Part shown: positions 27,001-40,854 of the stretch, piece after piece
Numbering within the stretch: position 1 is the first letter of the stretch
Layout: each line of letters starts with the position of its first letter
Origin: Octopus bimaculoides
Lineage: Eukaryota
Length of the DNA: 63,969 nt
Direction: 5' to 3'
Assembly (NCBI RefSeq): GCF_001194135.2
Contig: NC_068989.1
Location: 66,145,525 to 66,209,493, forward strand
Translations under genes and position numbers: made by a program
The notes under the pieces: generated by a model
Database searches by the model: none
What the model saw: only the letters and a program-made list of their open reading frames with translations
What the model was told of the DNA's origin: nothing

Positions 27001-27370
27001 AGGGTTTACTTTTCGTAATGAGATAGAAAACCAAGGCTGTGTGCTCATAGGGAATTGGAATCTTAATAATGGATTTACAAATGCAATGACCAATCTTAAA
27101 GACTGTTGGATTTTACTCAGAAGGTATTGGAATCTTATATGTATACCATTGTGCCTAAACAATGGATTTACAAATACAATATCCCTGCATTCACTCTCTA
27201 TTGCCTATGTTATCTAAATTAACTATTGCTTAACCTTCCTCTCACACCGTCGCCGATGAAGGGATATAATAAATAGCCTGGAAACAGCTGTAAAACCCTC
27301 TATTTATAAATGTTATATAATGCACACAACCTTGGTTTTCTATCTCATTACGAAAAAAGTAAATCCTTAT
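26999..27370 (+). mobile_element. Penelope-like relic with inverted arms and a hammerhead-like motif
   Basis: 27000-27044 is an inverted copy of 27322-27368 (2 mismatches, one 2-nt indel). CCGATGA..GAAACAGCTGTA at 27253-27292. Weak LES..WIYK peptide inside. Confidence 0.6.
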
Positions 27371-27875
27371 ATTCACACGCTGATATATGACCTACGCTGG
27401 ACCCCCTCTTCGCATAATCACCGAACCTGGAGCGTAACTATAGTCTATCCATAGCACTTACTCAGCATTACCTGAGACCTCTGGGTCTAATTGACACCAC
27501 TATCGCTCACAAAGGTCAGACTTGGCGGAACACCGGTCACGTGAAAGGAGAGAAGAGAGGTAGGGGCACACTTTTGGTTTTCTGTATGTAAGTACATATA
27601 TATATCTAAACTCTGTACGACTCTCTTACTCTTTCTTTCAGCCCCTTCACACTTTCTTCGTTCTTTCCACTTGTGTTTTTCTCGCTCCCCGTCTCACATT
27701 TCCTGGACTTCCCTTCATTCTCACTTTCCCTTCTCTTTTACCTCACTGTGTCCCTTTCTTTTCTCCTTTCTTTTTCTCTCTTTCTCGTCCCTCCCTAATT
27801 CTTCAATCCCTCTGCCCCTACCTCTTTCCTCTCCTTCCACGTTACGTTCTTCCATTTCTTGTTTTCTTTGATATA

Positions 27876-27933
<58 letters not shown>

Positions 27934-28708
27934 CATGTATGTGTGTGTGTGTTATATGTGTGTATGTGTATATATGCATGACTTGCCTTGATGAAATAGC
28001 ATCCCTAAGAATGTAGTAATGAAACAATAGAACACGTGTAGAATGCATGCGATTATCATTTTTAATTGTCCCTATCCTTCCTTTATATCATGTTATTTGA
28101 AATTATAATAATTCTAATATGATCAACTGATGCTGTTAATGTTGTAGCTATTGCTGACCTTGTTGTTTAGGACCTCGTATAGACAGATCATCAGACCTGC
28201 GACCAAAATTATTCCAGCCGTGATCATCTCGTTTGTTTCTTAATTTAAAATATTTAATTTTCTATTTACCAACAACCCATTGCCACTTAACAGAATGCGT
28301 ACTTCTCTAAGACTGCAGCGAGTGATTTGAAAAAATATTTAGCTGGTATTTCTAGTAGGTTTCGATGCGCCATCGAGAGCTCGGCCAGACTTTGTAATCT
28401 ACAGCCGACTCATTAACTTAGGTTTGTTTTTTTTGAGGCTTCGTTTTATCTTTGTTTTTCTCAAACATCATTGTGACTGTTTCTGACTGATTGGTTAGTT
28501 AGCTTTAGCTATTAAGTCATCCATATTTTGGTGTATTTCATGTGTTTTCAACTTCATGATTTCATGTGTATTCTTAATTAAATTACCGTTCAGGATATCT
28601 ATTATCGTATAAACATTAGGTGCTCTGAGGCAAGAAGGAAACTTAGTGAATAAACTTCTTCCACCTTCACTCACATATCCCTCCTATCGTTTCTCCGTCT
28701 CTGTCTCT

Positions 28709-28745
<37 letters not shown>

Positions 28746-31700
28746 TATGTTCTTAATTTTTAGGATAGCATTTATTTGCTCTATATTGTTAAATTAAAAC
28801 TTCGCGTTTAATGTAAGTATGAAGTATGTTATTGACAAATTATGTCTAAGTTGATCTTCACATTCAATTGAAATCACTTTATATAACATACATCACTAAT
28901 GTAATTCGGAAAGGCATTAGCGTCACAACATCCTCATAAAATATTCAGTCTTCTTAACAATGCAAAAGAGAAATATATGGATTTTAATCATCCGATTCGT
29001 TGATGGCACTCGAATTTAATTCTTACTTTGTGTCTCTTCCCTGTTTCATATAAACAAATAACAGCGTCGCACTGACTCTAACACTCTGTTCTAACCTTCT
29101 ACTCCATACAGGTTACTACCATCGGCGTGTTAAAGATGCGTTTGGAATGTTATGAGGATGAATTGGTTTTATCTCATCCTTTAAGAATTAAATGGAAGTA
29201 TATCTTTTATGACTATTTCACATTCGAAATTCATTTTAACGTAACCAAGATTGAAACTATAGCAGCCTCTGTCTTCAATGAACTATACTAGAATATCGAA
29301 CAGCATCATTAACACGTAACCCTTTATGCTATTCCTACAGCAAAAACATTTGTCTTTGTATGAAAATAATTGAATAAAGCAACCTATCAGAGATATTTTA
29401 ATATTTGTGTTAAATATTTAAATATTTGTGTCAGAGACACAAATACTAAAATATTTTTGAAAAATGTTTTGTGTGAACGAATAAAGAACTAGAGATTTGT
29501 TTTTATTTATCATCCAAGGTAGCTCAATATAGGATAAAAAGTGAATTGCATAGACTAGAGATAATAAATCCGAAAGAAAAAAGATGTATGCTGGATTCGT
29601 GATTCATTTTCGACTCGTCCATAGAACCAGCATTTTATTTTTTATGGCTGAATATTGATACAACAAAATTACTATTTTAATCGCGAAGAAAATTATTTTT
29701 AAAATTGTTTACTTCCGATTCTCTACCCAAATTCAATTTGTTTATTTATAATAATTAAAAAGCCAATTAAAATGATATTTTTAGGTGAAGTAATCGATTA
29801 CAAACATCAGCAGAATTTTAAAACTTAAAGAGAGCTAAATACATTCTTTTGTCTTTCACTCTGTCAGCTCCTCCAGCTGTTCACATATAGATATATCTTT
29901 TAATAACAGATCCGAGTTATTAATGCTCTTTATACAAATTTCAACAATAATATCACCGTACAGCAATAATAGCCTGCAATCAATCATTGTCTGTGACTGA
30001 GAGATTACTCAACTACGCACTTTTAAACAAATCTAGACTGATGTGATACACTCAAATCAGTATAACACTTACGCCATAAAACTTTAAATGCTATATTTAT
30101 GTTCGCCAAATTTAGTAATAATCTTTCCCGTAATAGGGTAATTTTATATTTGCAGATGATTATCCTAATCTTTTGTGCATTGTATTTTTTGCTTCAGTTA
30201 GATTCGATACGTTCAGTTTTCTAAACGTCAAAACCTGTGTCATACTGGTCAACACCATTGAAGCAATAGCTACGAAAAAAGATTCTGAGTTCGAACAATA
30301 CCAATGGATAATTTACTCTAATTAATCAACGGAAGCCTCCTGGTACGAAATTTTATTTTTAATTTCTCATCTCGGAAATTCATATATTTACTTATTACAA
30401 TAATTATTTATGTAATTATTTTATTAGGAATGTGACCTCAAAATCTTTAATTACAAACGGAGTCTCTTGGTCTCTCTCCCATCATAACTAAATCCATAAC
30501 TATACATAACTAAAATCTATATATTTCTTAATCTGGAAGAAATTTAGTTTCCTATCATCAATGTTGATATTTATTTTGTCACTAGTATCAACATTATAGA
30601 CAAATCTTCCAAAGGACTACTACAACATTATCATACGAATACAATCACTCATTCGGTCCAGGGAAATATTAAAAGCATATGCACACGAAAAAAGAAATCA
30701 CAGCAGTAGAATCAAGAACCTAATTAGCCGCAAATTTGCTAATCATAAATACATAGGAACTGTTGCTCTCCGATTGAGTTTGCTAAGCTCGTACTAAATG
30801 TGGTCTCTACTAGAACCAACTGACATGCGAAAACAATCTGAAAAGTATGAAGAGAAAAAAAAATAACACGACATAATAGTGCTTCTATGCGATAAGTTAA
30901 TGCATATTGCAGTGTACATTTAGGTGATATCTCAGGAATGGATCTATGGATCATCTCCAATTGTTTGACTGCGTTACGTCCATCTGAATTACGAGTGTCC
31001 TAGGGCTGAGTAGAAACAGTAATAATCGTAACTTGTTTTAATGATAGCGGAATTATGGAAAGCAAATACTAACCTGACGTGATTCAATGTAATGAAGCAT
31101 TCGTTTAAGATAATGTTGACAATATTTGATGCTGATCATCAAAAATTCCAATTATAAATACTTATGCGTTAAAGGAAAAGCATTCCTTCAATTATCTGTT
31201 ATTTTTAATCATTTTAGTAATTAGTCAAAATAATTCCAAACATATTTCAATTTTATTAGAACACTTCAATCTTAACTTCACCACGCACAATTTTGTACAT
31301 TTGTTTAGTGTTTCTCTCGTTATTTTGACAACTACGATGAGCTTTAAACATCAATAGGACCGCGACATGTCTACATTTGCCTCCTGTACTTGCTTAAAGA
31401 ATTAAAATATTAGTTACTGAGATACCTTTTCTTCTCCTCATGATATCAGCACTTCTAATTCGATTTTTAACTCCCATTGCATTGAATATATTAATACTAA
31501 CTGAATTATTGTTTCCCATGCGGATGTCATCTCCGAGTAATTAACTACGGTCACTTATTTCATAAAATATTTGGTTTCGCTAAATCGTCTATTGATCTTC
31601 CTTTTTAGAAGTAAGTATAGAGCCAATTTAATAGTTCAATTCTTTTATTATTCAAGTAAAAAGTATAGCATTGTGTGGGCACAGTATATTACTGGTACTC

Positions 31701-32309
31701 CTCGATATAAAGTAGATGAAAATCAAAGCTGTGTCCGGAAGGGGACAGTCTGTAGAGGGAAGAGATTCAATATTATAAGGCTTACAGTCAGAAACAGTAA
31801 GCTAGGTAACCACCTAGCGGAGTGGAGGCTAAAATTTGATGTTGCCACACAAATTCTGAATAGCTAAGACGAAAATTTTATAATAGATTAAAGTCACTTC
31901 CGGAGCAGGAGAGTGGGGAGGAAAAGAATGGTGGGCAGTAATGGAAACGAGACAATCGTTTGTGGTTTTAAACTATCACATGATTTGATGAGAGCGAGTG
32001 TCGACTTTGGAGTGGAAAATGCAGGTTCGGTAGTTTTCTAAGTGTGATTAGAACAAGAAATATTAAAAATTCGGTTCCTCAGTCTGTCATATTCTAAGTT
32101 GAAATGGCTTTATTTCTATAACATAGTTATCGTTTATTTTATTTCGATATGCATATTCGATAACTGATTTTTTTCTTACTTCTTTATTTCTTTATATGTT
32201 CGTTGAACTGAAAGCAAAGTGAGAGCGAAGTTCATGATTGAAATGTTTTTATTGTCTGCTTTCCTTTTTCCGTCAGATTTTATCTGGGACACGCATTGTG
32301 ATGTTGGCT

Positions 32310-32600
32310 TATATCGCTGAAAAGGCGAAGTTGTTACACGTTATTGGGGCGGCTTAAAGAACTGTAAAGGTGAAGTGGATGCACATTGTACTACATGTCT
32401 AGAGATCTGAAAAGCGAAGAAGGTACGTATTATTGCGCTGGTGTAGAGTGCTGAAAAGGCAAAGAAGCACTTGTAGGGTTTGTCTACAGATCTGTCGAGG
32501 TGAAAATGACGCACATTGCGAGACTAGGTTGTAGCATTCAAAAGCAAAGAGATGTGCACATGTAGGGCTGGTCTAGAACTCAATAAAGGCGCTCTAAATC
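32310..32600. repeat. Degenerate ~45-50-bp minisatellite
   Basis: Recurrent CTGAAAAG(G)CRAAG, GCACATTG and GTCTAGA motifs. Confidence 0.55.
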
Positions 32601-34294
32601 AGCTCTACAGAGACGAAGACAGCTTACATTCCACAGCTTACATCTCAAATTACTTTATGACACAACGGCTAGGAAGTGATTTTAACTGAACTATATAGAT
32701 ATAATGATAGACAGACTGGCGTATTTTGTTAATTTAATGACGTTCTTGCCTCATATTAGGAGTTAAAATTCTTTCATTACGTTGGATAAAAGTGCCATAC
32801 TTATTTTGATGAAAAGTCATCCAAAATGTTCATAGATTTCCGGAATATTCTGATATTCTCATCTATTTCTTTTACATAGCATCAATCATGTAATGACGTT
32901 AAATCACTGTTGATTTATTGATTGAGTCATTGACGGAACTAGCTGTTAAGATAATAATGCATTATATATGCAAATTGGTCAATCCTATTTACATACATTA
33001 CTGTTAATAATAGTGCGTTTATAAGTGGTATCTCCAGAAGCAGTTCAAAGACTCGTCGCAAATAAAATCCCAACACAGAAATGATGTCCAGCTCATCCCA
33101 TTTTTTATTTTCTCTCCTAGAAAATATCGCATACAAAAAGGTGCTTAGACTTGTCAATTACAACCAGTGTAGGTTAAAAAGTATTGATAATTTGCTATAT
33201 AGTCTAATATTCAGGGACATAGTTCAATAAAACAGTTATTAGTTTGCAATATACAGTAAATATTGCGAATCAGCGCCGATCTAAATATCATTATGGCCTT
33301 GCAGTACTTAGAAACGTGCACCTACGTACATAATTCATTCCTGTCGAGGTCGGCACTCAGTTTTACTGCTCTGGATTTGACAATGTATACAGTAGTTGTG
33401 TAAATTAACCAATTCAATCGAATCTACCTTTAAGAAAGCTGTGGTTTTGTACCAAAGTATGAATTGCATACTTCAAAATCTCCGAGGTGGTAGGGAAGGG
33501 CCGAGATACAAAAGTTATGATATAAATATGTTTTCCTTCCCGAAGTGTCATAAGCGAAACTAAATATATTTTGTAGAACTAATGATTATGCATCTAATGT
33601 TTTTCTTTTATTCTTCATATTTAGTATTGCTAGTTTTCATATTTGTTAAGGTTAAATTTGCTTTCCATTGGTCAAACTTCTGATAAAATAAATGCCGCTA
33701 TTAAATCAGTGTCGAGTTCTACACTAAATGCATAGCAATAAATTTTCATGTGACATAAATTCTTTGTAGAAATGTTTAAGGGCATCTTTGGCAAACAGGT
33801 TTAGCAATAACTTTGTGATAAGCACACATCCTACTTCAACTAAAGCAACGTGTGATACAGAGAAACATAAAACGCGGCGAGCGGGCAAAATTGTTACAGT
33901 GTCGGAAAAAAATTTAAGATATTTGTTCCAGCTCTTTACGTTCTCTATTCAAATCCTGCTGATGTTGACTTTGCATTTCTTCCAGGTGGGATGAAAGTAC
34001 TAGCTATGTACTAGTTAAGTACTGAGATAGATGGCATGGGCTCCTCCCGCTTCCAACAAAAACTGGTAGCTTAACGCTTAAATCTAAATGAATTTATTAT
34101 AGAATCACAAAAACGTATATACCCAGTATAAGCAATGTTACAGTATTTGACAAGCTGGAGAGATACATACAAAATACAAATTCTTGTTTAAAGTAGTATA
34201 TTTATCGAATTTCCGCGGATTTTGGATTAATAGACTTTAATAACATGGCATTTTTTTTACATGTTTCAGTAAGCACAACTTTAGAGGGTTTAGG

Positions 34295-34880
34295 CTATCA
34301 AACCGAAACCAGTGCATTTTTTTGAAGTCTGTTACTTATTTTATAGGTATTTTTTGTTGCCAAACCACTAAGTTACGGTGGGTACGAACAAATAGAAACG
34401 CATACACACTTGTATTTAGATACATATGTAGGGAGAGAGAGGGGGTGGAAATACATACATAGATCTATACATACATGCATGCATACATATGTTCATACTT
34501 ACATGCATTAAAAAATACCCTGTTGCTGATGTTGAAATTCCAATGAAGGAACCTTGGATCTAGGTTAGAAACCGGCTCTTTATTGGCAAGAAATCTTGGA
34601 ATAAACTGAAGAACGACATACATACACACACACATACGTACACACATATATGCATACATACAGACACACACACACACATATGCATACACACATACATACA
34701 TACACACATACATACACACATACATATATACATACATACGTACGTACATACAAGTATGCACATACGGGTTTCCACACTATCACCGTCTACCAAATTCATT
34801 CACAAACCATTGCATACACAAGGGACCGCACAGAAGGACTAAACTGTTCTTGTTCCTATGTATGTACAAGTATCTATTTG
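34295..34880 (-). mobile_element. Old family C CORE SINE split by internal microsatellite and a nested short repeat
   Basis: GCCAAACCACTAAGTTACGG (tail side) and CCGTCTACCAAATTCATTCACAA (head side) are collinear with 44670-45178. Confidence 0.7.
34510..34615 (+). mobile_element. Short nested repeat with a strongly degenerate hammerhead-like motif
   Basis: CCAATGA-AGG-AACC TTGGATCTA GGTT-A-GAAA-CCGG. Two core substitutions. Confidence 0.35.
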
Positions 34881-35508
34881 CATTTCTGGTTCATATTCTG
34901 TCGACCCTGCAGGAATGATAAATTCTACTTGTCCTTAGGTTGATTTGATCGAAAGAAAATTCTACTTAGAATTTCGTCAAGCATACAACTGTTTCTACAA
35001 CCTAAATAATTCCTCTTTTTGTATAAAATGAAAAGAAACACCGGAAAAATCTTTATTTAGATTATACAAATTATTAAAACATTAAAACAATGGTACGTTA
35101 CAAATATGGCTGCCATACTTATAAATATAGGGGATTTTCTAAATCAGTTGATCAGTAATGTTTACGATAGAAAAAAAAAAGCTAGGAAATAATGTATATG
35201 TGGTTATTAGCACGTGACCACAATTTTATCAAAGTAGTACTTCATCATGGAAACCTAATGCTTAACTAACTGCTTTCTTTTATCTGGAGCCGTCGTTCTT
35301 ACAATTGGTTCGAGAAATTCTTCAGTAATCTCCAGCTTATATTTGCAAAATCTATAAGTACGGAATATTATATTAAAAACGTATCAGCTTCTGATTACTG
35401 TAAATAACAGTAATTTTATTTCATATATAAGCATCAACAACACACACACACGCACACACATAGAAATATACACATATGCACACACATACACACATATATC
35501 TATCTATC

Positions 35509-35539
<31 letters not shown>

Positions 35540-36459
35540 ATATATATATGTATGCATATCCAGATATACATGCATACACACACACATATATATATATATA
35601 TAAATATATATATACATACATAGATTTATACAAAGATATATATAATTATATATATATATATATATATATTTATATNNNNNNNNNNNNNNNNNNNNNNNNN
35701 NNNNNNNNNNNNNNNNTATATATACACGTATATAGATTCACTCATACCTATCTATATATTTATATCTGTATATATACGTATATATACGCACATATATATG
35801 TACATATATATATAAATATATATATATATATGTCTATATGTGTGTGTATGCGTGTGTTTATAGATAAAGGCAGACTTACAAACATAAATACATGCATATA
35901 CATTCACAGAGACACAGACACGCACACATACACGCACATGCACACACACATACATATAAATATCAAAGAGAAAATGTAAAAATAACACAAACACTACAAT
36001 TGGATATAATTTCTCTTTAGACTGTTGAGGAAATTAGTGTGAGCATTTCTTCGGCGTTTATTCCAAATCGATTTCTTTTTTTCTGCATTTCAATGAAATT
36101 ACTTGGTAAACGATGAAAAACTAAAATTCCGAGACGCACTTAATCCATACATACAGCTTGGTTTACATTCTCCATAAACAAAATTTCAGATTCGCTGGAA
36201 TCACATAACGAGGAAAGAAAATTATACATGGGCAGGAATACTTGGTGAATTTTACTTATCTTGCAATAATAAACGAGTTATGCTCGACGTTGACTCGAGA
36301 AGATAGAATTAATCTAACTACACCATTAGCGACGTACTGGTATGTTAAAACAAAGAATTTGTGCTTGAAATAGGCGACACCAACTGAGTTATATAGTAAC
36401 TAATGTTGCACTTTCAGCGAAAGACTCTTAAAAGGTACTCCTCGATCAGTGCTTCTAAG

Positions 36460-36535
<76 letters not shown>

Positions 36536-36537
<2 letters not shown>

Positions 36538-36565
36538 GCGCAACGGCCCAGTGGTTAAGGCAGCG
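36536..36565 (+). mobile_element. tRNA-like SINE head truncated by N gap
   Basis: GGCGCAACGGCCCAGTGGTTAAGGCAGCG, an A-box-type start directly after (TG)n. Confidence 0.6.
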
Positions 36566-37534
36566 NNNNNNNNNNNNNNNNNNNNNNNNNNNNNNNNNNN
36601 NNNNNNNNNNNNNNNNNNNNNNNNNNNNNNNNNNNNNNNNNNNNNNNNNNNNNNNNNNNNNNNNNNNNNNNNNNNNNNNNNNNNNNNNNNNNNNNNNNNN
36701 NNNNNNNNNNNNNNNNNNNNNNNNNNNNNNNNNNNNNNNNNNNNNNNNNNNNNNNNNNNNNNNNNNNNNNNNNNNNNNNNNNNNNNNNNNNNNNNNNNNN
36801 NNNNNNNNNNNNNNNNNNNNNNNNNNNNNNNNNNNNNNNNNNNNNNNNNNNNNNNNNNNNNNNNNNNNNNNNNNNNNNNNNNNNNNNNNNNNNNNNNNNN
36901 NNNNNNNNNNNNNNNNNNNNNNNNNNNNNNNNNNNNNNNNNNNNNNNNNNNNNNNNNNNNNNNNNNNNNNNNNNNNNNNNNNNNNNNNNNNNNNNNNNNN
37001 NNNNNNNNNNNNNNNNNNNNNNNNNNNNNNNNNNNNNNNNNNNNNNNNNNNNNNNNNNNNNNNNNNNNNNNNNNNNNNNNNNNNNNNNNNNNNNNNNNNN
37101 NNNNNNNNNNNNNNNNNNNNNNNNNNNNNNNNNNNNNNNNNNNNNNNNNNNNNNNNNNNNNNNNNNNNNNNNNNNNNNNNNNNNNNNNNNNNNNNNNNNN
37201 NNNNNNNNNNNNNNNNNNNNNNNNNNNNNNNNNNNNNNNNNNNNNNNNNNNNNNNNNNNNNNNNNNNNNNNNNNNNNNNNNNNNNNNNNNNNNNNNNNNN
37301 NNNNNNNNNNNNNNNNNNNNNNNNNNNNNNNNNNNNNNNNNNNNNNNNNNNNNNNNNNNNNNNNNNNNNNNNNNNNNNNNNNNNNNNNNNNNNNNNNNNN
37401 NNNNNNNNNNNNNNNNNNNNNNNNNNNNNNNNNNNNNNNNNNNNNNNNNNNCAATGGTTAGTTTTCATTGTTTTCTTCTTGTTTTTGCCTTTGTGAGTTA
37501 CAAGTAATGCTATCTGTATATATATACATACATA

Positions 37535-37566
<32 letters not shown>

Positions 37567-37664
37567 ATTAGGGACAAAATCCGAAATTACAGGTAAAAAA
37601 ACTCAATTAAAATCAATTTATAAAAAATTAAAATTAAATTGAGCCTTATAGATAAAGTATATAT

Positions 37665-37704
<40 letters not shown>

Positions 37705-37766
37705 TAGATATATATGTGATGTGTGTGTGTTTGTGTGGGTGTGTGGTTTTGAAGTAGTATTCAGGT

Positions 37767-37920
37767 TTTATATATTAAGAAAAAGGAAGTTGTGAGAATT
37801 TTGTATAATTATTTATTTAGCGCTTTCATTTAATTTCAGAGATTCATCAGGAATGATTGAATCTCTGAAATAAGACGAAAGCGACAATATTTTGACTACC
37901 TCATTTTCTTAATATATATA
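37767..37920 (-). mobile_element. Palindromic repeat centred on a hammerhead-like motif
   Basis: 37821-37845 pairs with the reverse complement of 37858-37882. Minus strand: CTGATGA-ATCT CTGAAATT AAAT-GAAA-GCGCT-A. The opposite arm retains AGAC, implying a GTCT/AGAC stem II. Confidence 0.6.
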
Positions 37921-37943
37921 TGTCTACATACATACATACATAT

Positions 37944-38368
37944 GGCACCTTCAACGTTGGACGTGCAGGTGTCGGGGGTCGTTTAAAAAGTCCGTTTTGA
38001 ACGCCTTCCTCTAGAAATATGCCGACTTCTACATCCTAAATCGGTAACTGTTTTATTTCTCCTATAATTAGTAATACCTTTTACTCACCAACGTAGCGTT
38101 ATCCTGAACAAATTTTAAACTATACATCCACACCACGTGGTATCTCGCTAACACAGTTATGGCTGAAACTAACACCACCAGAGGTGAAACTAACGACGTA
38201 ACCACCGTTGAAAACAGAACTACTTCACCAGTAAGTTATTTACGAAGACCTAAGTACTCTTCTCATTTTACTTGGACTCAACAACTAAACCAAGATTTAC
38301 TTCGGTGCTATGAAAAAGCCCGAGATGACCTATCAAATGGATAGATGAAGCGGTTTGAACAATACTGG
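37944..38368 (+). mobile_element. 5' end of an R4/Dong-clade RLE non-LTR retrotransposon
   Basis: ORF from 38159: FTWTQQLNQDLLRCYEKA..NG*MKRFEQYW resembles the R4/Dong N-terminal motif KWTxExNxxLxRCYY..GYxKRxxxxW. Confidence 0.7.
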
Positions 38369-38401
38369 TTTTTTAAAAATCATATGGCTGTGTTATGTTT
38401 T

Positions 38402-38535
38402 TTTAAACCCCGCCAAGGAGATTATGTTTTTACCTGCGTTGGTTTGGAAAATTGGGCGATTTTCAGCATGCATGGATATGGGTGGAAATGAGCTGCTTGG
38501 TGGAGGTCTGCGCTCTCCGTGTGCTTTTCTAGTTT
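38402..38535 (+). mobile_element. Non-autonomous Helentron-type element (HINE/DINE-1-like)
   Basis: Subterminal inverted repeats CCGCCAAG 38410-38417 and CTTGGTGG 38496-38503, 3' hairpin GCGC/GTGC 38510-38524, terminal CTAG 38529-38532, T-rich flanks. Confidence 0.8.
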
Positions 38536-38539
38536 CTTT

Positions 38540-38857
38540 CGTGGAGCTCGTCGATATCCGCTGTCTTCCGAAACGTTTCTTGTGGATATTCTGAACAATT
38601 CCATCTGCTTTAAACTTATCTCTAATTCGAGTTATGGTAAATCGCGTAGATGGAGTTCTTTAGATCTCTCCCATTAAACTGCCATTAAATTTTGACTGCG
38701 TTTTCAAACTTCCAATAGCACCTTAGAATAAACTTCCTTTATTCAAAGCTTAGTCTGGCACCATTCATTATTTCTAATAAGTTAGACCAAAATAGAAATT
38801 AAGATTAAGTGAGTCATCAGTTGTGAAAACGGGTATACTGTTTTGAGGGACACCTTG
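38540..38857 (-). pseudogene. 5' fragment of a Tc1/mariner-superfamily transposon with DUF4817-type HTH
   Basis: TIR-like CAAGGTGTCCC at 38857. ATG at 38768: MNGARLSFE*RKFILRCYWKFENA..ITRIRDKFKADGIVQNIHKKRFGRQR. Confidence 0.85.
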
Positions 38858-39070
38858 TCAATACATACATGCATACACACATACATACATACATACATAC
38901 ATAATACTATAATTTATATAAGGGCATTACTATATAGTAATGCCCTTATATAAATTATATATATTTATGGAAAAAAAACGATGGGTTCTTTCCCTTATGG
39001 GGTTTTTTCACGCTGACTACTTGATAAATTCTTATAAAGATTTTATCCTATATTATATTATACATAATAC

Positions 39071-39106
<36 letters not shown>

Positions 39107-39217
39107 CATATTTATATATACATATATATATATATACATATATATGCATATGTATATACATAGATATATATGTGTGCGTGTGCAAAAATATATATGTATA
39201 TTTACACAGACACATAG

Positions 39218-39292
<75 letters not shown>

Positions 39293-40854
39293 TGAATGTA
39301 TGTATACCTTATATTCTTGCAACGAAAGTTACTTTGAAAGTCTCAATATGAAAAGAAACAACTCTCCATTTGTTGAAATCAGATTATTTTTAATAAAGAG
39401 CACATTTTCGCTCCTTCAAATCTAATAACTTCTTTGGTAATTATCGTATTCCAGCTGCTACAATCAAACAATACACCACTAAGCAGATATTTGTCTTCAC
39501 CAAACCGTCAAAACAAACTCTGCTGTTATAGTACAATCATACACTTCTTACCCTTCACACTAAACCTTTTGTAACTTGTCTGAATGGCTTCCAGTATAAA
39601 CAAAACATTTCTGATTAATATTTACTTGAACAAAGCAGTAATCAACAAGCAAAAAACGATTAAGCTTTCTTTTAAACTCAGTAACATCTCTTAGTTTTGT
39701 GTCTCTCTCTTTTTTTTCTTTTGTTGTTGTTTTTGTAAGTTGAAATTATATCAGAGTCAACTTTATTTTCAGTCACATTAAGATCTTTGAAACCCAAACT
39801 TGTCTCGGGATCGATTCCATTCAGAAATATATATATATATATAGTCCACAGATGAGATTCAGATATCCTCAGTATAGAAGGCAGTAGTGCTCAAAATGAG
39901 ACAAACTTAGACGCCGAATTCTTTACAGGGAATCAATTCCACAGAGTAAGGAGTGTCTATAAGAGGGATCAAGTTGAACGGATATAAGATATAGAGGCAA
40001 TTGTGCGGATAAACAAAATAGATATTTTAAATATAACATACTAGTTTGGGTTTGAAACAAAATATGCATATATGAATACATGAAAAACGAGAGAAAGCAA
40101 AAGATTGAGACAATCAGACGATGAATATTTAAGTACAAATATATATACATTCATATTAACAGATCCAACTTACACTGAGTACAAACGACAGAAAAATTAA
40201 AGGGGTGGAAGAAAGGTATTATAAGTTCAAACAGCTATTTCTGGGGGCTGGGAGATCCATAATAATGTTGGTATCATAATCCATGATAATGAAGTAATTG
40301 GTTCCATGGAAAACGACATAGAGAGAGACGAAAATTAAGAATTGAATGTTTTAGATGAAGAGAAGACGCCTTTACAATTGCGAAAACTTTAGTAAATTTT
40401 CCCAGAGGATTTCGTAAACCAATCACAACTAGAATATCCCTCTGGATAAACAACACGATTAATGATTTTTTTGTGTGTGTGTATATGTGTAATAACTGTG
40501 TTTTTATTCTCCCTATTAAATCTGACACTAGTCTGTCAATTGTGATTCGTATAAATGTAACACAATGATTTGTTGTTATTGTTCGAAGCAATGACTGCTC
40601 CGTGCATAGAAACTCAATTCCTTCGAGACTAAAAACTAGACTAAACACCTCATAGACTTGCAGACACAACAATACACAGGTGTGAAATGTGATCGATTGT
40701 CATAGCAACTGTGAAATTGCAGCACTTGACTTTTCTTATATCGCTAAAGCATTTTCTGTTCTGAAATATTGACTCGACTGTGTGTTGCATATAAATTTAG
40801 ATTGACTTCTCCGCTAAAAAACAAACAGTAGATGTTAGTATTATCTTAACTTGC

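Noticed and set aside
37944-38025. HDV-like ribozyme at the R4/Dong 5' end (GGCACCT/AGGTGTC 7-bp P1 followed by GG; TTCAA/TTGAA as P2)
   Set aside because: No credible P3/L3 with the CC needed for P1.1, and the spacer is too short. An Infernal search on the family consensus would be needed.
38560-38582. CCGAAACGTTT as a hammerhead half
   Set aside because: No upstream CUGANGA; it lies in the transposase frame on the other strand.
40274-40672. 132-aa minus-strand ORF
   Set aside because: Starts at TTG, crosses a (CA)n remnant, has no recognisable domain and no clear splice sites.
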